From assembly GCA_963740315.1 (NCBI GenBank), contig CAVUDP010000002.1:1696001-1760000 (forward strand): DNA of 64,000 nt, given 5' to 3'. Of this stretch, positions 29,482-39,986 are shown in pieces. The stretch's first letter is position 1, and each line of letters opens with the position of its first letter. This DNA comes from an uncultured cyanobacterium (GTDB lineage: Bacteria; Cyanobacteriota; Cyanobacteriia; Cyanobacteriales; Nostocaceae). Both the position numbers and the translations under genes were made by a program. The notes beneath the pieces were generated by a model. It was not told the origin of the DNA. It worked only from the letters and a program-made list of their open reading frames with translations, and made no database searches.

Positions 29482-29562
29482 GTTAGGTTAAGGCTTCAAT
29501 TAAATTGAATAATAACGAAGTAATGATAATATGCCGTAACCCAACATTTTATTTTTGTAGTA

Positions 29563-30504
29563 CTAATATTTATATTTCTCAGAATTAGATTTTTTCTCAA
29601 GTTTATCTTTTATTTTAATACCTAGAGCAATCAACCCTGCAAATAAAATCGACCATAAATTAGTTGCAGGTTCGGGAACTTTGACGTTAGATTTTGTATT
29701 TTTAAACGCTAGCAAAGTGACATTTCTATCTTGTTCAAAATATCTTTCTACAGAACCTTCAAAAAGAGAAATGTTAATCGATCGACTTCTACCCAAATCG
29801 CCAATTAATTCCACATTAGAATGACTGAAATCACTGCTAAGAACAATATTTTTACTCTTAGTGTTATTAATAAAATCAATTCTACCTAAAGCATCAATAT
29901 TTGCTGCAAGAGTAAAATATTCTAATATATTATTTTGACTAATTTGATTTGGTTCTAATTGCGTTGAATTGAGAAAATCAAACCGATTCTCTGTAGAAAT
30001 ACCAGTTGTATCTAAAAGATAAAAAGCAATATCTCCAGCGGCATTCGCAGTTTCAATTCCTGGTTTATCTACCGAAGCTTCTAAATCGAGAATAGTTGTA
30101 AAGTCAAATGATAAAGTATCGTTACGACTTACATCAAAATTGGCAAAAAATCTTGGCATAGTTTCCGCAGAAGCTTCGTAACTTGAACCTTCACCAGATG
30201 CCAAACTTTCTGCAATATTAGATATTTTTAATGGAGTTGGTTCAGCATTGGTTCTAGAAAAGTTATGAAAATCTGCTATGCTATCCGAGGCATTAGTTAC
30301 AGCATCCGTATTAGCATCATTAATCGCTTCAAATGCTGCGTTTTCTCGATTGAAATTCGTGAAAGTTAAGTCCCCAAAGGAGCCAGCAAAAGTAGCAGCT
30401 AAAGTAGGTGAACTTGCTAACATCGAGGTAGCAACAAATGGAGAGACTTGTAAAATTAATTTTTGCCCAAATTTTGAATATAACTTCTTCTGCATTTTTG
30501 TCAT
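29563..30504 (-). CDS. PEP-CTERM exported protein
   Basis: Signal-like N-terminus; C-terminal VPEP, hydrophobic helix and basic tail. Confidence 0.85.
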   Translation of the reverse strand: MTKMQKKLYSKFGQKLILQVSPFVATSMLASSPTLAATFAGSFGDLTFTNFNRENAAFEAINDANTDAVTNASDSIADFHNFSRTNAEPTPLKISNIAESLASGEGSSYEASAETMPRFFANFDVSRNDTLSFDFTTILDLEASVDKPGIETANAAGDIAFYLLDTTGISTENRFDFLNSTQLEPNQISQNNILEYFTLAANIDALGRIDFINNTKSKNIVLSSDFSHSNVELIGDLGRSRSINISLFEGSVERYFEQDRNVTLLAFKNTKSNVKVPEPATNLWSILFAGLIALGIKIKDKLEKKSNSEKYKY

Positions 30505-30659
30505 GATTTTATTCTGAATATATATGATGTCCGAAAAATTAACTATATTAGCTAGTATTTGTTGAATACAAATAAAATAGTTAAATTACGGAGAAAAAAC
30601 CCTTAATCATGAAAATTTTATAAAATGCAAGAATTTGACCTAATACAATTACTATAATC

Positions 30660-31313
30660 GTGAGAAAACCACAAACTGTTAAAGCTTTAGAAGAATTAGG
30701 AAGAATCCAACTTTCTAAAAATTTTTTCATGCGAGAATTTCTATACTCAGAAATTTCTCAAATCGAAGGTATACCCAATATTCCAGACGATGTTGACTTG
30801 GCGATCGCCTCTGGTACCAAACTTTGCGAAAACGTACTGGAGCCAATTCAAGACGCACTTGGTAGAATCAGCATTCGTTCGGCTTATCGTTCTGATGCTG
30901 TTAACGCCAAAGGAGCGGAAAATAATAATCAGTATAACTGTGCAAGTAATGAATCAAATTATGCGGCTCATATCTGGGATGTAAAAGATGCAGATGGATA
31001 TATGGGAGCAACAGCCTGTATTATTGTCAATTCATTTTTGCCTTACTATAAAAAAACTGAAGATTGGACGGCTTTGGCATGGTGGATACACGATAATATA
31101 GACGCTTACGCAGATATGACCTTTTTCTCGAAATATGCAGCGTTTAATATTCACTGGAGCGAGAACCCCAAGCATTCAAAATGGATTTATAGCTACGTAG
31201 AAAATCCGCATACTGGTAAAAAGGGATATTTAACAAAAGAAGGAATGGATAATTTTGCAGTTTCCCACGAGGAGTTTTATCGAGATTTTATTGAGCAATT
31301 GAGTGCGAATTAA
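30660..31313 (+). CDS. Peptidase M15-like protein
   Basis: LSKNFFMREFLYSE, LEPIQ and IRSAYRS..VN. Confidence 0.7.
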   Translation: MRKPQTVKALEELGRIQLSKNFFMREFLYSEISQIEGIPNIPDDVDLAIASGTKLCENVLEPIQDALGRISIRSAYRSDAVNAKGAENNNQYNCASNESNYAAHIWDVKDADGYMGATACIIVNSFLPYYKKTEDWTALAWWIHDNIDAYADMTFFSKYAAFNIHWSENPKHSKWIYSYVENPHTGKKGYLTKEGMDNFAVSHEEFYRDFIEQLSAN

Positions 31314-31315
31314 TA

Positions 31316-31468
31316 AGACATCTCCGGAAAACATTCATATGGTTTTTAAATTTACACAAACACCTAACCCCCCTACCCCCCTTCCCTATGAGGGAAGGGG
31401 GAAATGAAGCCTCTCTCCTTGTAGGAGAGAGGTTTGGAGAGAGGTCTTTTTCCTAACCGGAGATGTGT
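31316..31468. mobile_element. MITE-like element at the trailer end of array 3
   Basis: TIR ACATCTCCGG/CCGGAGATGT with internal G/C-rich hairpins. Confidence 0.7.
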
Positions 31469-31486
31469 ATTGTGTTGGAATGCGAT

Positions 31487-34291
31487 GTTTCAATCCCGTT
31501 GCCGGGATTCGTTTCAAATCAAGATTTATGCTGACCAGCTAATCGGCATATTTGAGGAATAGTTTCAATCCCGTTGCCGGGATTCGTTTCAAATCAAGCG
31601 ACGAAGAACAAGTTATCAGTCTTGACAGAAAAAAGTTTCAATCCCGTTGCCGGGATTCGTTTCAAATCAAGAATTCGGCTACATTGCGGACAGAATCCGT
31701 CATACTCGTTTCAATCCCGTTGCCGGGATTCGTTTCAAATCAAGTCCTGCAAAGATTTCAGGTAATCAGCGCTTCTTTGGTTTCAATCCCGTTGCCGGGA
31801 TTCGTTTCAAATCAAGATTATAGTTTAAAACTAAACCATTTGTTATATGAAGTTTCAATCCCGTTGCCGGGATTCGTTTCAAATCAAGCATATTTGGTTT
31901 TTAAAAATTTTTGAAGGTTACAGAGTTTCAATCCCGTTGCCGGGATTCGTTTCAAATCAAGTTCCGGGTGATAGCTGCCCTAGATATCCGCCTATCCCGT
32001 TTCAATCCCGTTGCCGGGATTCGTTTCAAATCAAGCAACTTGAGGAATTCAATAAAGGTGTAGAAGATTTAGGTTTCAATCCCGTTGCCGGGATTCGTTT
32101 CAAATCAAGTTGAAGATACTTGTTAAATTCTCTCCATGTGTATCCAGTTTCAATCCCGTTGCCGGGATTCGTTTCAAATCAAGCAATGACGGATAGCGTC
32201 CGCAACATTGCAGAATTGTTTCAATCCCGTTGCCGGGATTCGTTTCAAATCAAGTCTTGACGAATGGGCGGATACTCCCGTGTAGTGCGAGTTTCAATCC
32301 CGTTGCCGGGATTCGTTTCAAATCAAGAATGTACTCAAATTTAAAATAAATATCACAGTTATCGTTTCAATCCCGTTGCCGGGATTCGTTTCAAATCAAG
32401 ATTCAATATTTTTCTTTGCTTTATACTTATTATTAGTTTCAATCCCGTTGCCGGGATTCGTTTCAAATCAAGTAAATTAAAAAATTACGTTTAAGACTCT
32501 TAACTGAAGTTTCAATCCCGTTGCCGGGATTCGTTTCAAATCAAGCAGACGGTCATATAATTTCATGTTGGTAGAGTTATCGTTTCAATCCCGTTGCCGG
32601 GATTCGTTTCAAATCAAGTTTAAACGGGGGGATTGTCAAAACTACCACCCTTGAGTTTCAATCCCGTTGCCGGGATTCGTTTCAAATCAAGCTTTAAGTT
32701 GATAATCTTTTAAAGGCATTATACAGGTTTCAATCCCGTTGCCGGGATTCGTTTCAAATCAAGAATTACTTATTGAAGGTAAAAAGGGGATACAAGAAGG
32801 TTTCAATCCCGTTGCCGGGATTCGTTTCAAATCAAGAGGAAGTGCGCTAGATGAAGCTACTGATTATATAGGTGTTTCAATCCCGTTGCCGGGATTCGTT
32901 TCAAATCAAGATGCGCTGCAAAAGTAAGTAGCGAGTTCTCTAGTTGTTTCAATCCCGTTGCCGGGATTCGTTTCAAATCAAGTAAATATATGTCTGCCGG
33001 ATATAAAGCGAAAAAAGGTTTCAATCCCGTTGCCGGGATTCGTTTCAAATCAAGGAGGAAGTTAAACGACTAGAAGTGAGACTTCAAGGAGTTTCAATCC
33101 CGTTGCCGGGATTCGTTTCAAATCAAGGAATTTCTACCAGGCACTTACTACAACAATGAAAGGTTTCAATCCCGTTGCCGGGATTCGTTTCAAATCAAGA
33201 CTCGAACAAGTCTTTACCCGTTCTAGTCTTAAATATGTTTCAATCCCGTTGCCGGGATTCGTTTCAAATCAAGTTGGAGCCACACCAAAAGCTTGGGAAT
33301 ATCAAGAAGGTTTCAATCCCGTTGCCGGGATTCGTTTCAAATCAAGTAAACGCAGCATTGAAAGGTAAGTTGCCAGATACAAGTTTCAATCCCGTTGCCG
33401 GGATTCGTTTCAAATCAAGAAACATCACCCTACACGGGACGTTAGTCCCATTCTCTAGTTTCAATCCCGTTGCCGGGATTCGTTTCAAATCAAGTTGCGA
33501 TCGCAACTTGGAAGAGTAACGGCTCAAGTCGTTTCAATCCCGTTGCCGGGATTCGTTTCAAATCAAGCATAAAACCAATGTTGCTCCGACTGCGATTTCA
33601 GGGTTTCAATCCCGTTGCCGGGATTCGTTTCAAATCAAGTATGAATATTCAGGCTTCTTGAATCCTCCTGAATGTTTCAATCCCGTTGCCGGGATTCGTT
33701 TCAAATCAAGGTTAATGAGATGAAAAACAGGTCTACCCAATGAACGTTTCAATCCCGTTGCCGGGATTCGTTTCAAATCAAGTTCTTAGTATAGGATGAA
33801 AGAAGACAAAAGCCAACTAGTTTCAATCCCGTTGCCGGGATTCGTTTCAAATCAAGCCGGGAGTCTCAACTTGTAGGAAGAAAGGTAAACTAGTTTCAAT
33901 CCCGTTGCCGGGATTCGTTTCAAATCAAGTATTCAAAAAACTTTTGGTTCAGCTATCAATGAATGTTTCAATCCCGTTGCCGGGATTCGTTTCAAATCAA
34001 GCTGATGGTTCCTTGTCTTTTGTCGAGGGCTACAGAGTTTCAATCCCGTTGCCGGGATTCGTTTCAAATCAAGTTAGCTGTACCTGTTGCTCCCCCCCTC
34101 AAAGTTGTTGTTTCAATCCCGTTGCCGGGATTCGTTTCAAATCAAGAATCATCCAGGTCAGCTTGCATTGACTCGTTGATTGTTTCAATCCCGTTGCCGG
34201 GATTCGTTTCAAATCAAGTAGGGCTGTTATGCACGCGGCAAGCGGTCAAAAAGAGTTTCAATCCCGTTGCCGGGATTCGTTTCAAATCAAG
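31487..34291 (-). CRISPR. CRISPR array 3 (orphan), 39 repeats and 38 spacers
   Basis: Repeat GTTTCAATCCCGTTGCCGGGATTCGTTTCAAATCAAG from 31487 to 34255; reverse complement ends ATTGAAAC; leader to the right. Confidence 0.98.
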
Positions 34292-34495
34292 TCCGCCTCC
34301 TGAAACCCTTACAGAGCAAAGATTCCACAACGGGTTTTGGCAAACCTCAAAAATGACCTGATTTCAGCCTCGCTTATTGAAATAAATTCTTATTTATCTC
34401 AAAACTTCAAACGCTGTAACTATTAATTTGTCTTGGTTCTGGCGATTTTGGCATAACCCCCCTGGTTTTGACTCCCGCTTCGGTCTGCCAAATAT
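34292..34495 (-). promoter_or_regulatory. CRISPR leader of array 3
   Basis: Begins TCCGCC.C.TGAAA as leader 1 does; shares GGTTCTGGCG and the motif layout. Confidence 0.75.
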
Positions 34496-34602
34496 TAAGC
34501 TGATAAAATAACTATAGAATAATAACTTCTCGCTGTCGAGGTTTTTCTAATTGAATCAAATAACCCCCACTTCTGGGGGCATAACTAAATTATCACTTTT
34601 TC

Positions 34603-34824
34603 TTACTGCATTTCTGGTTCTGCAAGTGCCTCGAAATGAAAAGCAAGATTGTTAAGAGACATTTCAATTTCGTTACTGTAAGAAAGTCTTCTCCACATTC
34701 GAGTCGTGGCATTATCTAAGGCAGTTGTATCTAAATATCGCGCAAAAATCATTAGCCTTTGCGAATCAGTTTCGGCTAATGCCAAACTTTCTAAAAATTC
34801 TTGAGGTGTCATATCCAACTCCAT
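34603..34824 (-). CDS. Hypothetical protein (73 aa)
   Basis: Compact ORF followed by the hairpin CCCCCACTTCTGGGGG; family not recognised. Confidence 0.6.
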   Translation of the reverse strand: MELDMTPQEFLESLALAETDSQRLMIFARYLDTTALDNATTRMWRRLSYSNEIEMSLNNLAFHFEALAEPEMQ

Positions 34825-35324
34825 TCATGTTCGCTTTTCTAGCTCTTATATTTTTGCCATACTTAAATTTAAATTTCTGATACTAACTTACCCAGATTGC
34901 CTATAAATTATCGTTTTGTTTAGCCGATCGCACTGCTTCTGATTAGCGATCGCTAAGAATCATTTTTAATAGCAACATCAACAACTGTCAATATATATCT
35001 TTATCTATTTCTTTCAGTAATAAATATACAAGCACCCATCCTAAGAAGATTGGAAATACAACTATTAAAGTACGTGGATCGGAAAATATAATTTCCATAA
35101 TTAATATATAAGGTTAAATAGGCTTGCCCCTACAAATTACTATACTTTTAAGCGAGGAATTACGGTTACTTTATCTTCCTCCAATTCGGCGTATACTTTT
35201 GAGATGTGTAGCTGTGGCGGCGATGTAGCGGGTGGTAACGCAGGCGATCGCTACTCTTAACAATGATATAGGCATCCCATTACTATATTATACATACGTA
35301 CCATTAATTCAAAAGCGGTAATAG

Positions 35325-36113
35325 ATGAAAACAGATACCATCTTTTATACTCTGCTGCAAAATCTCCCCAGCGTATTATTTGAATTGCTGCAACAGTCTC
35401 CTACCCAAGAAAAACATTATGAATTTTCCTCTGTAGAAATAAAAGAACTTGCACGACGGATTGATGGTTTATTTTTACCCAAACTCGAATACCCACAAGA
35501 TCCAATTTATTTTGTAGAAGTACAATATCAGCGCGATGATGATTTATACTGGCGATTAATTACCGAAGCATTCGTTTATTTAAATCAATATAGACCGGAA
35601 AAACGTTGGCAAGCAGTAGTTTTATGGGCAAAACGCAGTCTCGATCCAGGTATCCCAATTGCGTATCAAACATCACTATCCGAGGGGCAAATTCAAGTAA
35701 TATATCTGGATGAATTAGCCGATACTTCTTCCTCAATCGGGTTAAGAATTATTGGTTTGGTAGTTGCTCCGGAAGACGAAGCAGTAGAAGTCGCAAGAAG
35801 TTTAGTAAATCAAGTTCGACAAGCAGATGTCACAAACCGCAATCGGCTTTTAGAATTAGTAGAAAGGATGTTGATTTATAAATTCTCAAATCAAACTAGA
35901 CAGGAGTTAGAAGCGATGTTTGGATTAACCGAATGGCAGCAAACTAGATTTTATCAGGAAGTTGAGCAAGAGGTTGAACAAAGAACAAAACTTAAAACAG
36001 TCCCTCGGATGTTAAAAATGGGCTTGAGTGTAGAACAAATCGCTGAAGCTCTTGAATTAAAAGTTGAAGTGGTTAGACAAGCTATTGAAAACCAAAGTGG
36101 GCAGGAATCCTAA
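35325..36113 (+). CDS. Rpn family PD-(D/E)XK nuclease / putative transposase (DUF2887-like)
   Basis: MKTDTIFY, SVEIKE...RIDG, FVEVQ and C-terminal GLSVEQIAEAL. Confidence 0.9.
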   Translation: MKTDTIFYTLLQNLPSVLFELLQQSPTQEKHYEFSSVEIKELARRIDGLFLPKLEYPQDPIYFVEVQYQRDDDLYWRLITEAFVYLNQYRPEKRWQAVVLWAKRSLDPGIPIAYQTSLSEGQIQVIYLDELADTSSSIGLRIIGLVVAPEDEAVEVARSLVNQVRQADVTNRNRLLELVERMLIYKFSNQTRQELEAMFGLTEWQQTRFYQEVEQEVEQRTKLKTVPRMLKMGLSVEQIAEALELKVEVVRQAIENQSGQES

Positions 36114-36118
36114 TTGCT

Positions 36119-36340
36119 ATGTTTGGATTAAAAGAGTGGAAGCAAACTAAATTTTACCAGCAAGTTAGAGAAGAAGGGAAGCTTGAAGTTAAGCAAAAAG
36201 TTCAACAAGAAACAAAGCTTGAAATAGCCGTTCGCTTGTTAAGTATGGGTTTTAGTATAGAACAAATTGCTCAAGCACTTGAATTAAAAATTGAAGTGAT
36301 TAGACAAGCTATTGAAAACCAAAGTGGTGAAGATTCTTAG
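36119..36340 (+). CDS. Stand-alone copy of the Rpn C-terminal domain (RpnS-like)
   Basis: MFGLKEWKQTKFYQ...GFSIEQIAQALELKIEVIRQAIENQSG is paralogous to the upstream gene from codon 198. Confidence 0.75.
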   Translation: MFGLKEWKQTKFYQQVREEGKLEVKQKVQQETKLEIAVRLLSMGFSIEQIAQALELKIEVIRQAIENQSGEDS

Positions 36341-36608
36341 AGGATGCGCGGGAAAGTTATAAATAAAACTTACAGATTTTAAGATCCTCCATTATCCGCT
36401 TTTTAAGGGAGACTTAAAACCCCCCTTTTCTAAGGGGGGAAGGGGGGATAATCCGAGAATGCCTTAAAAACATATTTAAACAGTACCATTTTCCGCTAAA
36501 CCATCAGCATATAGTTGTTGCTGGGATTTCACATTCGATCGCTTTTAGACTATAAGTACTTTCCGCTAATCATAAAACGCGATCGGTATCAACTATTTTC
36601 TCCTAAAA

Positions 36609-36640
36609 TGATAATCGTTATCATATAATAATCATTATTA
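36609..36640. promoter_or_regulatory. Two Zur/Fur-type 7-1-7 boxes
   Basis: TGATAATCGTTATCA (36609-36623) and TAATAATCATTATTA (36626-36640), just upstream of a metal ABC operon. Confidence 0.75.
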
Positions 36641-36654
36641 TACAGGAGGGATTA

Positions 36655-37389
36655 GTGTTAGAAGTAGAGCGTTTGGACGTAAACTATCGGGGTATAGCGG
36701 CTCTTGAGGATGTCAGCTTTCGTGCTTTCCCCGGAGAAATGATTGGTGTAATCGGTCCAAATGGGGCTGGTAAAAGTACTTTGGTGAAAGCAATATTAGG
36801 TTTAATTCCAGTTGCAAATGGAACTATTAAATTTTGTAACTGTTCTATCAAAAAGCAATTAAGTTCGATCGCTTACGTACCGCAAAGAACCCAAGTAGAC
36901 TGGGATTATCCGATCGCGGTGCAGAATGTGGTGATGATGGCGCGTACCGCACATACGGGCTGGTTTCGCCAACCAAGTAGTAAATCGAAGCAAATAGTTA
37001 AATCTGCGTTGGATAGAGTTGGGATGTGGGAATTTCGTTCTCGTCAAATTGGCGAACTATCCGGGGGACAGCAGCAGCGAGTATTTTTAGCTAGAGCGTT
37101 GGCACAGCAAGCGGATTTATTTTTCTTTGATGAGCCATTTGTTGGTATTGATAAACGTACCGAAGATATAATGTTTGATGTTTTTAATGAGTTGAGAAGG
37201 GATGGCAAAATATTGATTTTAATTACTCACGATTTGGGTGAAACTTTAGCTAAATGTGACAATTTATTGTTGTTAAATAAACATATTATCGCTGATGGTT
37301 CTATGAAAGAAGTTGTTACAAGCGAAAATTTGCAGCGTGCATATGGAAATAATGTTTTATTTTTTAATAGAGAAGCAAAATCAGCTTAG
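36655..37389 (+). CDS. Zn/Mn ABC transporter ATP-binding protein
   Basis: GPNGAGKST, YVPQR..VDWDYP and LSGGQQQR. Confidence 0.92.
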   Translation: MLEVERLDVNYRGIAALEDVSFRAFPGEMIGVIGPNGAGKSTLVKAILGLIPVANGTIKFCNCSIKKQLSSIAYVPQRTQVDWDYPIAVQNVVMMARTAHTGWFRQPSSKSKQIVKSALDRVGMWEFRSRQIGELSGGQQQRVFLARALAQQADLFFFDEPFVGIDKRTEDIMFDVFNELRRDGKILILITHDLGETLAKCDNLLLLNKHIIADGSMKEVVTSENLQRAYGNNVLFFNREAKSA

Positions 37390-37486
37390 TCAGTGAGCAG
37401 TGAGCAGTTAGCAGTGAACAGTGAGCAGTTAGCAGTTAGCAGTTAGCAGTTAGCAGTTAGCAGTTACCTATTACCTATTATTTATA

Positions 37487-38374
37487 ATGTTTAATTTGTT
37501 GTTGGAGCCGCTTAGTTTTGGGTTTATGCGAGATGCGCTGGTAATTGCTACTTTACTGGGGATTCTTTGCTCGGTTGTGGGTTCTTATTTGATAGTACAG
37601 CGTCAGGGAATTCTTGGTGATGTGATTGCTCATGCTGTTTTACCGGGTATTGCGATCGCGCTTTTTCTGGGTGTGGATATTTTACTGGGTGCGTTTATCT
37701 CGGGGACTTTTAGCACTTTTGTAATTGCTTGGATAGAATCGCAGTCTCGCGTTAAAGTTGATGCGGCGATGGCTTTGGTTTTTTCGGGTTTTTTAGCATT
37801 GGGAATTATGTTAATTAGCGTGTTGAAAAGTAAAGTTGATTTGCATCACTTCTTATTTGGCGATATTTTAGGAGTAACAACAGAAGACGTTTGGCGGACT
37901 TTAATAATTACAGTTATTACTTTATTTTTAGTTAAAATTTGTTATAAAGAATTGCTATTTTACACTTTTGACCCATTAGGAGCAGAAGCGAGCGGGCTAC
38001 CAGTAAATAGAATCAAATTTGGTTTAACCGCAGCAGTTACATTAACAATTATTGCCAGCATGCAAGCCGTGGGAGTGGTGTTAGTAATTTCTTTGTTAAT
38101 TGGTCCTGGAATAACGGCTTATTTGTTAGTTAAGGAATTACATCAAATGATGTTTGTAGGTTCGATAATAGGTATTATTGGTAGCATTGGCGGTTTATAT
38201 ATTAGCTATTATCAAAACGTGCCTTCGGGAGCATCAATTGTATTATTTATTTGCGCGTTATTTTTATTAGCTTTATTATTTAGTCCAACTCAGGGTATAT
38301 TAACTCGTCGGAGTGGAAGAAAGAAAAATCGTTCTGAAATTTTGCAGGGAGTTGCAGAGGTGAAGCGGAGGTGA
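37487..38374 (+). CDS. Zn/Mn ABC transporter permease
   Basis: GDVIAHAVLPG, HFLFGDIL and TFDP. Confidence 0.92.
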   Translation: MFNLLLEPLSFGFMRDALVIATLLGILCSVVGSYLIVQRQGILGDVIAHAVLPGIAIALFLGVDILLGAFISGTFSTFVIAWIESQSRVKVDAAMALVFSGFLALGIMLISVLKSKVDLHHFLFGDILGVTTEDVWRTLIITVITLFLVKICYKELLFYTFDPLGAEASGLPVNRIKFGLTAAVTLTIIASMQAVGVVLVISLLIGPGITAYLLVKELHQMMFVGSIIGIIGSIGGLYISYYQNVPSGASIVLFICALFLLALLFSPTQGILTRRSGRKKNRSEILQGVAEVKRR

Positions 38375-38414
38375 TTTAAGAAATTGTGTTAATTTACAAT
38401 TATTTGTTGTCAAT

Positions 38415-38787
38415 GCCTTGGAATAAATTCCCAGGAACCAATAAACGAAGTCCGTTGAAAACGGACTGAAATCCTTTCCATTTGTATCGAAATTATTTAA
38501 ACGTTCTCTAAGCTCCTCTTCCTCAGCGCTCTTTGTGTTCTAGTAAGGTTTTTTTCATTCTGATGCAAACAAAATATCCCCAGTCGTCTTAAGAGGATGT
38601 TTGAAAAGTATAGTTTTTATCCTAAGTCTCGGATTATCCCCCCTTCCCCCCCTTGAAAAGGGGGGTTAAAGTCCCCCTTCTTAAGGGGGATTTAGGGGGA
38701 TCTAAAGATTTGTGGTTTTATTTATAACTTTCCCGCGCATCCTCTAAGACGACTTTGTATACTCGCGGGGGGAATTTATTCCAAGGC
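38415..38787. mobile_element. REP-doublet element (GCCTTGGAATAAATTCCCAGG ... GGAATTTATTCCAAGGC) carrying a nested 152-bp MITE (38593-38744)
   Basis: Inverted ends; nested GAGGATG...CATCCTC element with TAA duplication. Confidence 0.8.
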
Positions 38788-38809
38788 GGGTGATGATTTA
38801 GTTTCAATA

Positions 38810-39229
38810 TTAATTTTTATTTTCGGGTTCGGTATATTCGCAGAAAATCTTCAATCCCACCTTGAGAAGATATAAAACAACAACTGTAGAAATAGCTGGA
38901 TCTAAAGGTATACCAGATAAACTTGTAATAGAAACAATTAACCCGGTAAGTAATGGAGCGCTAGCGGGGTTTTTAGTATATTCTTTAAATTGAGCCTGGA
39001 AACCTTCATCACCGCAAAGTTCTTGGCGTAGTACAGTTAAAGTAGATTGCCAAAGGGATTTTTTATCGTAAGTATCCGTACCGAATTTTTCAGCCCAAAG
39101 TTTGTCAAAAGTAGTATTAAAATAACCGTTATTTTGTTCTAGGGTAGCTAATGCTTTTTGTGCGGGTTGGTAATCTTTAAGAAGTTGCTGTTTTTGATTT
39201 ATTTCGGTTGATTCGAGTTGGGTATTCAT
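38810..39229 (-). CDS. Hypothetical protein
   Basis: 139-aa ORF co-oriented just behind the PIN gene. Confidence 0.65.
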   Translation of the reverse strand: MNTQLESTEINQKQQLLKDYQPAQKALATLEQNNGYFNTTFDKLWAEKFGTDTYDKKSLWQSTLTVLRQELCGDEGFQAQFKEYTKNPASAPLLTGLIVSITSLSGIPLDPAISTVVVLYLLKVGLKIFCEYTEPENKN

Positions 39230-39235
39230 ATAGAT

Positions 39236-39652
39236 TTACGGAGATGTTAACTCTTGAATTAATTGTTCGGGTGTTAAAATTCGTGGAGTTGTAACCGGGA
39301 AGTCTTTTTGATTGCGAGTAACAATAACGTCTAAATTGTTAAGTACCGCAGCACCGTACACAATTGCATCTTCAAAATCCTTGAAATTGGTAGCAAGTGC
39401 CATTGAAATTGTAGCTTGATTTACCGTAGCGACTTGGCAGAAAGTTGCTATTCCTTGTAAAAATTGTATAGTCCAAGTATGACCTTTATATTTGCGAATA
39501 ATGTAATATAAATCGCTAAAGGTTGATGCACTAATATATCCTTCAATTCGTTGCTGTTCGACAAAACGTAATACTTGTTCGCTAGCTGCGAAAAAAGGGT
39601 CCCTATCAAGTGCTACATCCACAACAATATTGGTGTCTATTAATACCTTCAC
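39236..39652 (-). CDS. PIN-domain (VapC-like) toxin
   Basis: VLIDTNIVVD, DFEDA and IVTRNQKDF. Confidence 0.9.
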   Translation of the reverse strand: MKVLIDTNIVVDVALDRDPFFAASEQVLRFVEQQRIEGYISASTFSDLYYIIRKYKGHTWTIQFLQGIATFCQVATVNQATISMALATNFKDFEDAIVYGAAVLNNLDVIVTRNQKDFPVTTPRILTPEQLIQELTSP

Positions 39653-39936
39653 AAATTATGTTTCTCCTTTAAAGCTTCCCATCTCGCCTCATCTGGATCA
39701 AAATCTGGTGATGTAGGTGGCGCATTTTCCAGCAAGTGTTTCAGGGCTTGAATTTTGTATTCCCGCTTTTTAGGTGTTTCTACTTGTGATTCTGTGGCGG
39801 TTTCTGTAGAGTTATTCACTTCATTAGCTACCTGTAAAATAATTACTTCCACATTTCCGGGTGGTATTTGAATAGATTCTTCAACTATTAAATTACCTGT
39901 CGCGTCAATTTTACCTTTGGCTTTGTAAGCTTGCAT
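39649..39936 (-). CDS. Putative antitoxin partner of the PIN toxin
   Basis: Overlaps the PIN start (GTGA); ends ARWEALKEKHNL. Confidence 0.65.
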   Translation of the reverse strand: MQAYKAKGKIDATGNLIVEESIQIPPGNVEVIILQVANEVNNSTETATESQVETPKKREYKIQALKHLLENAPPTSPDFDPDEARWEALKEKHNL

Positions 39937-39986
39937 ATTATGGTTCCTTTTTATTTCTAGGATATTTAGAAGAATGTAATTTCACA

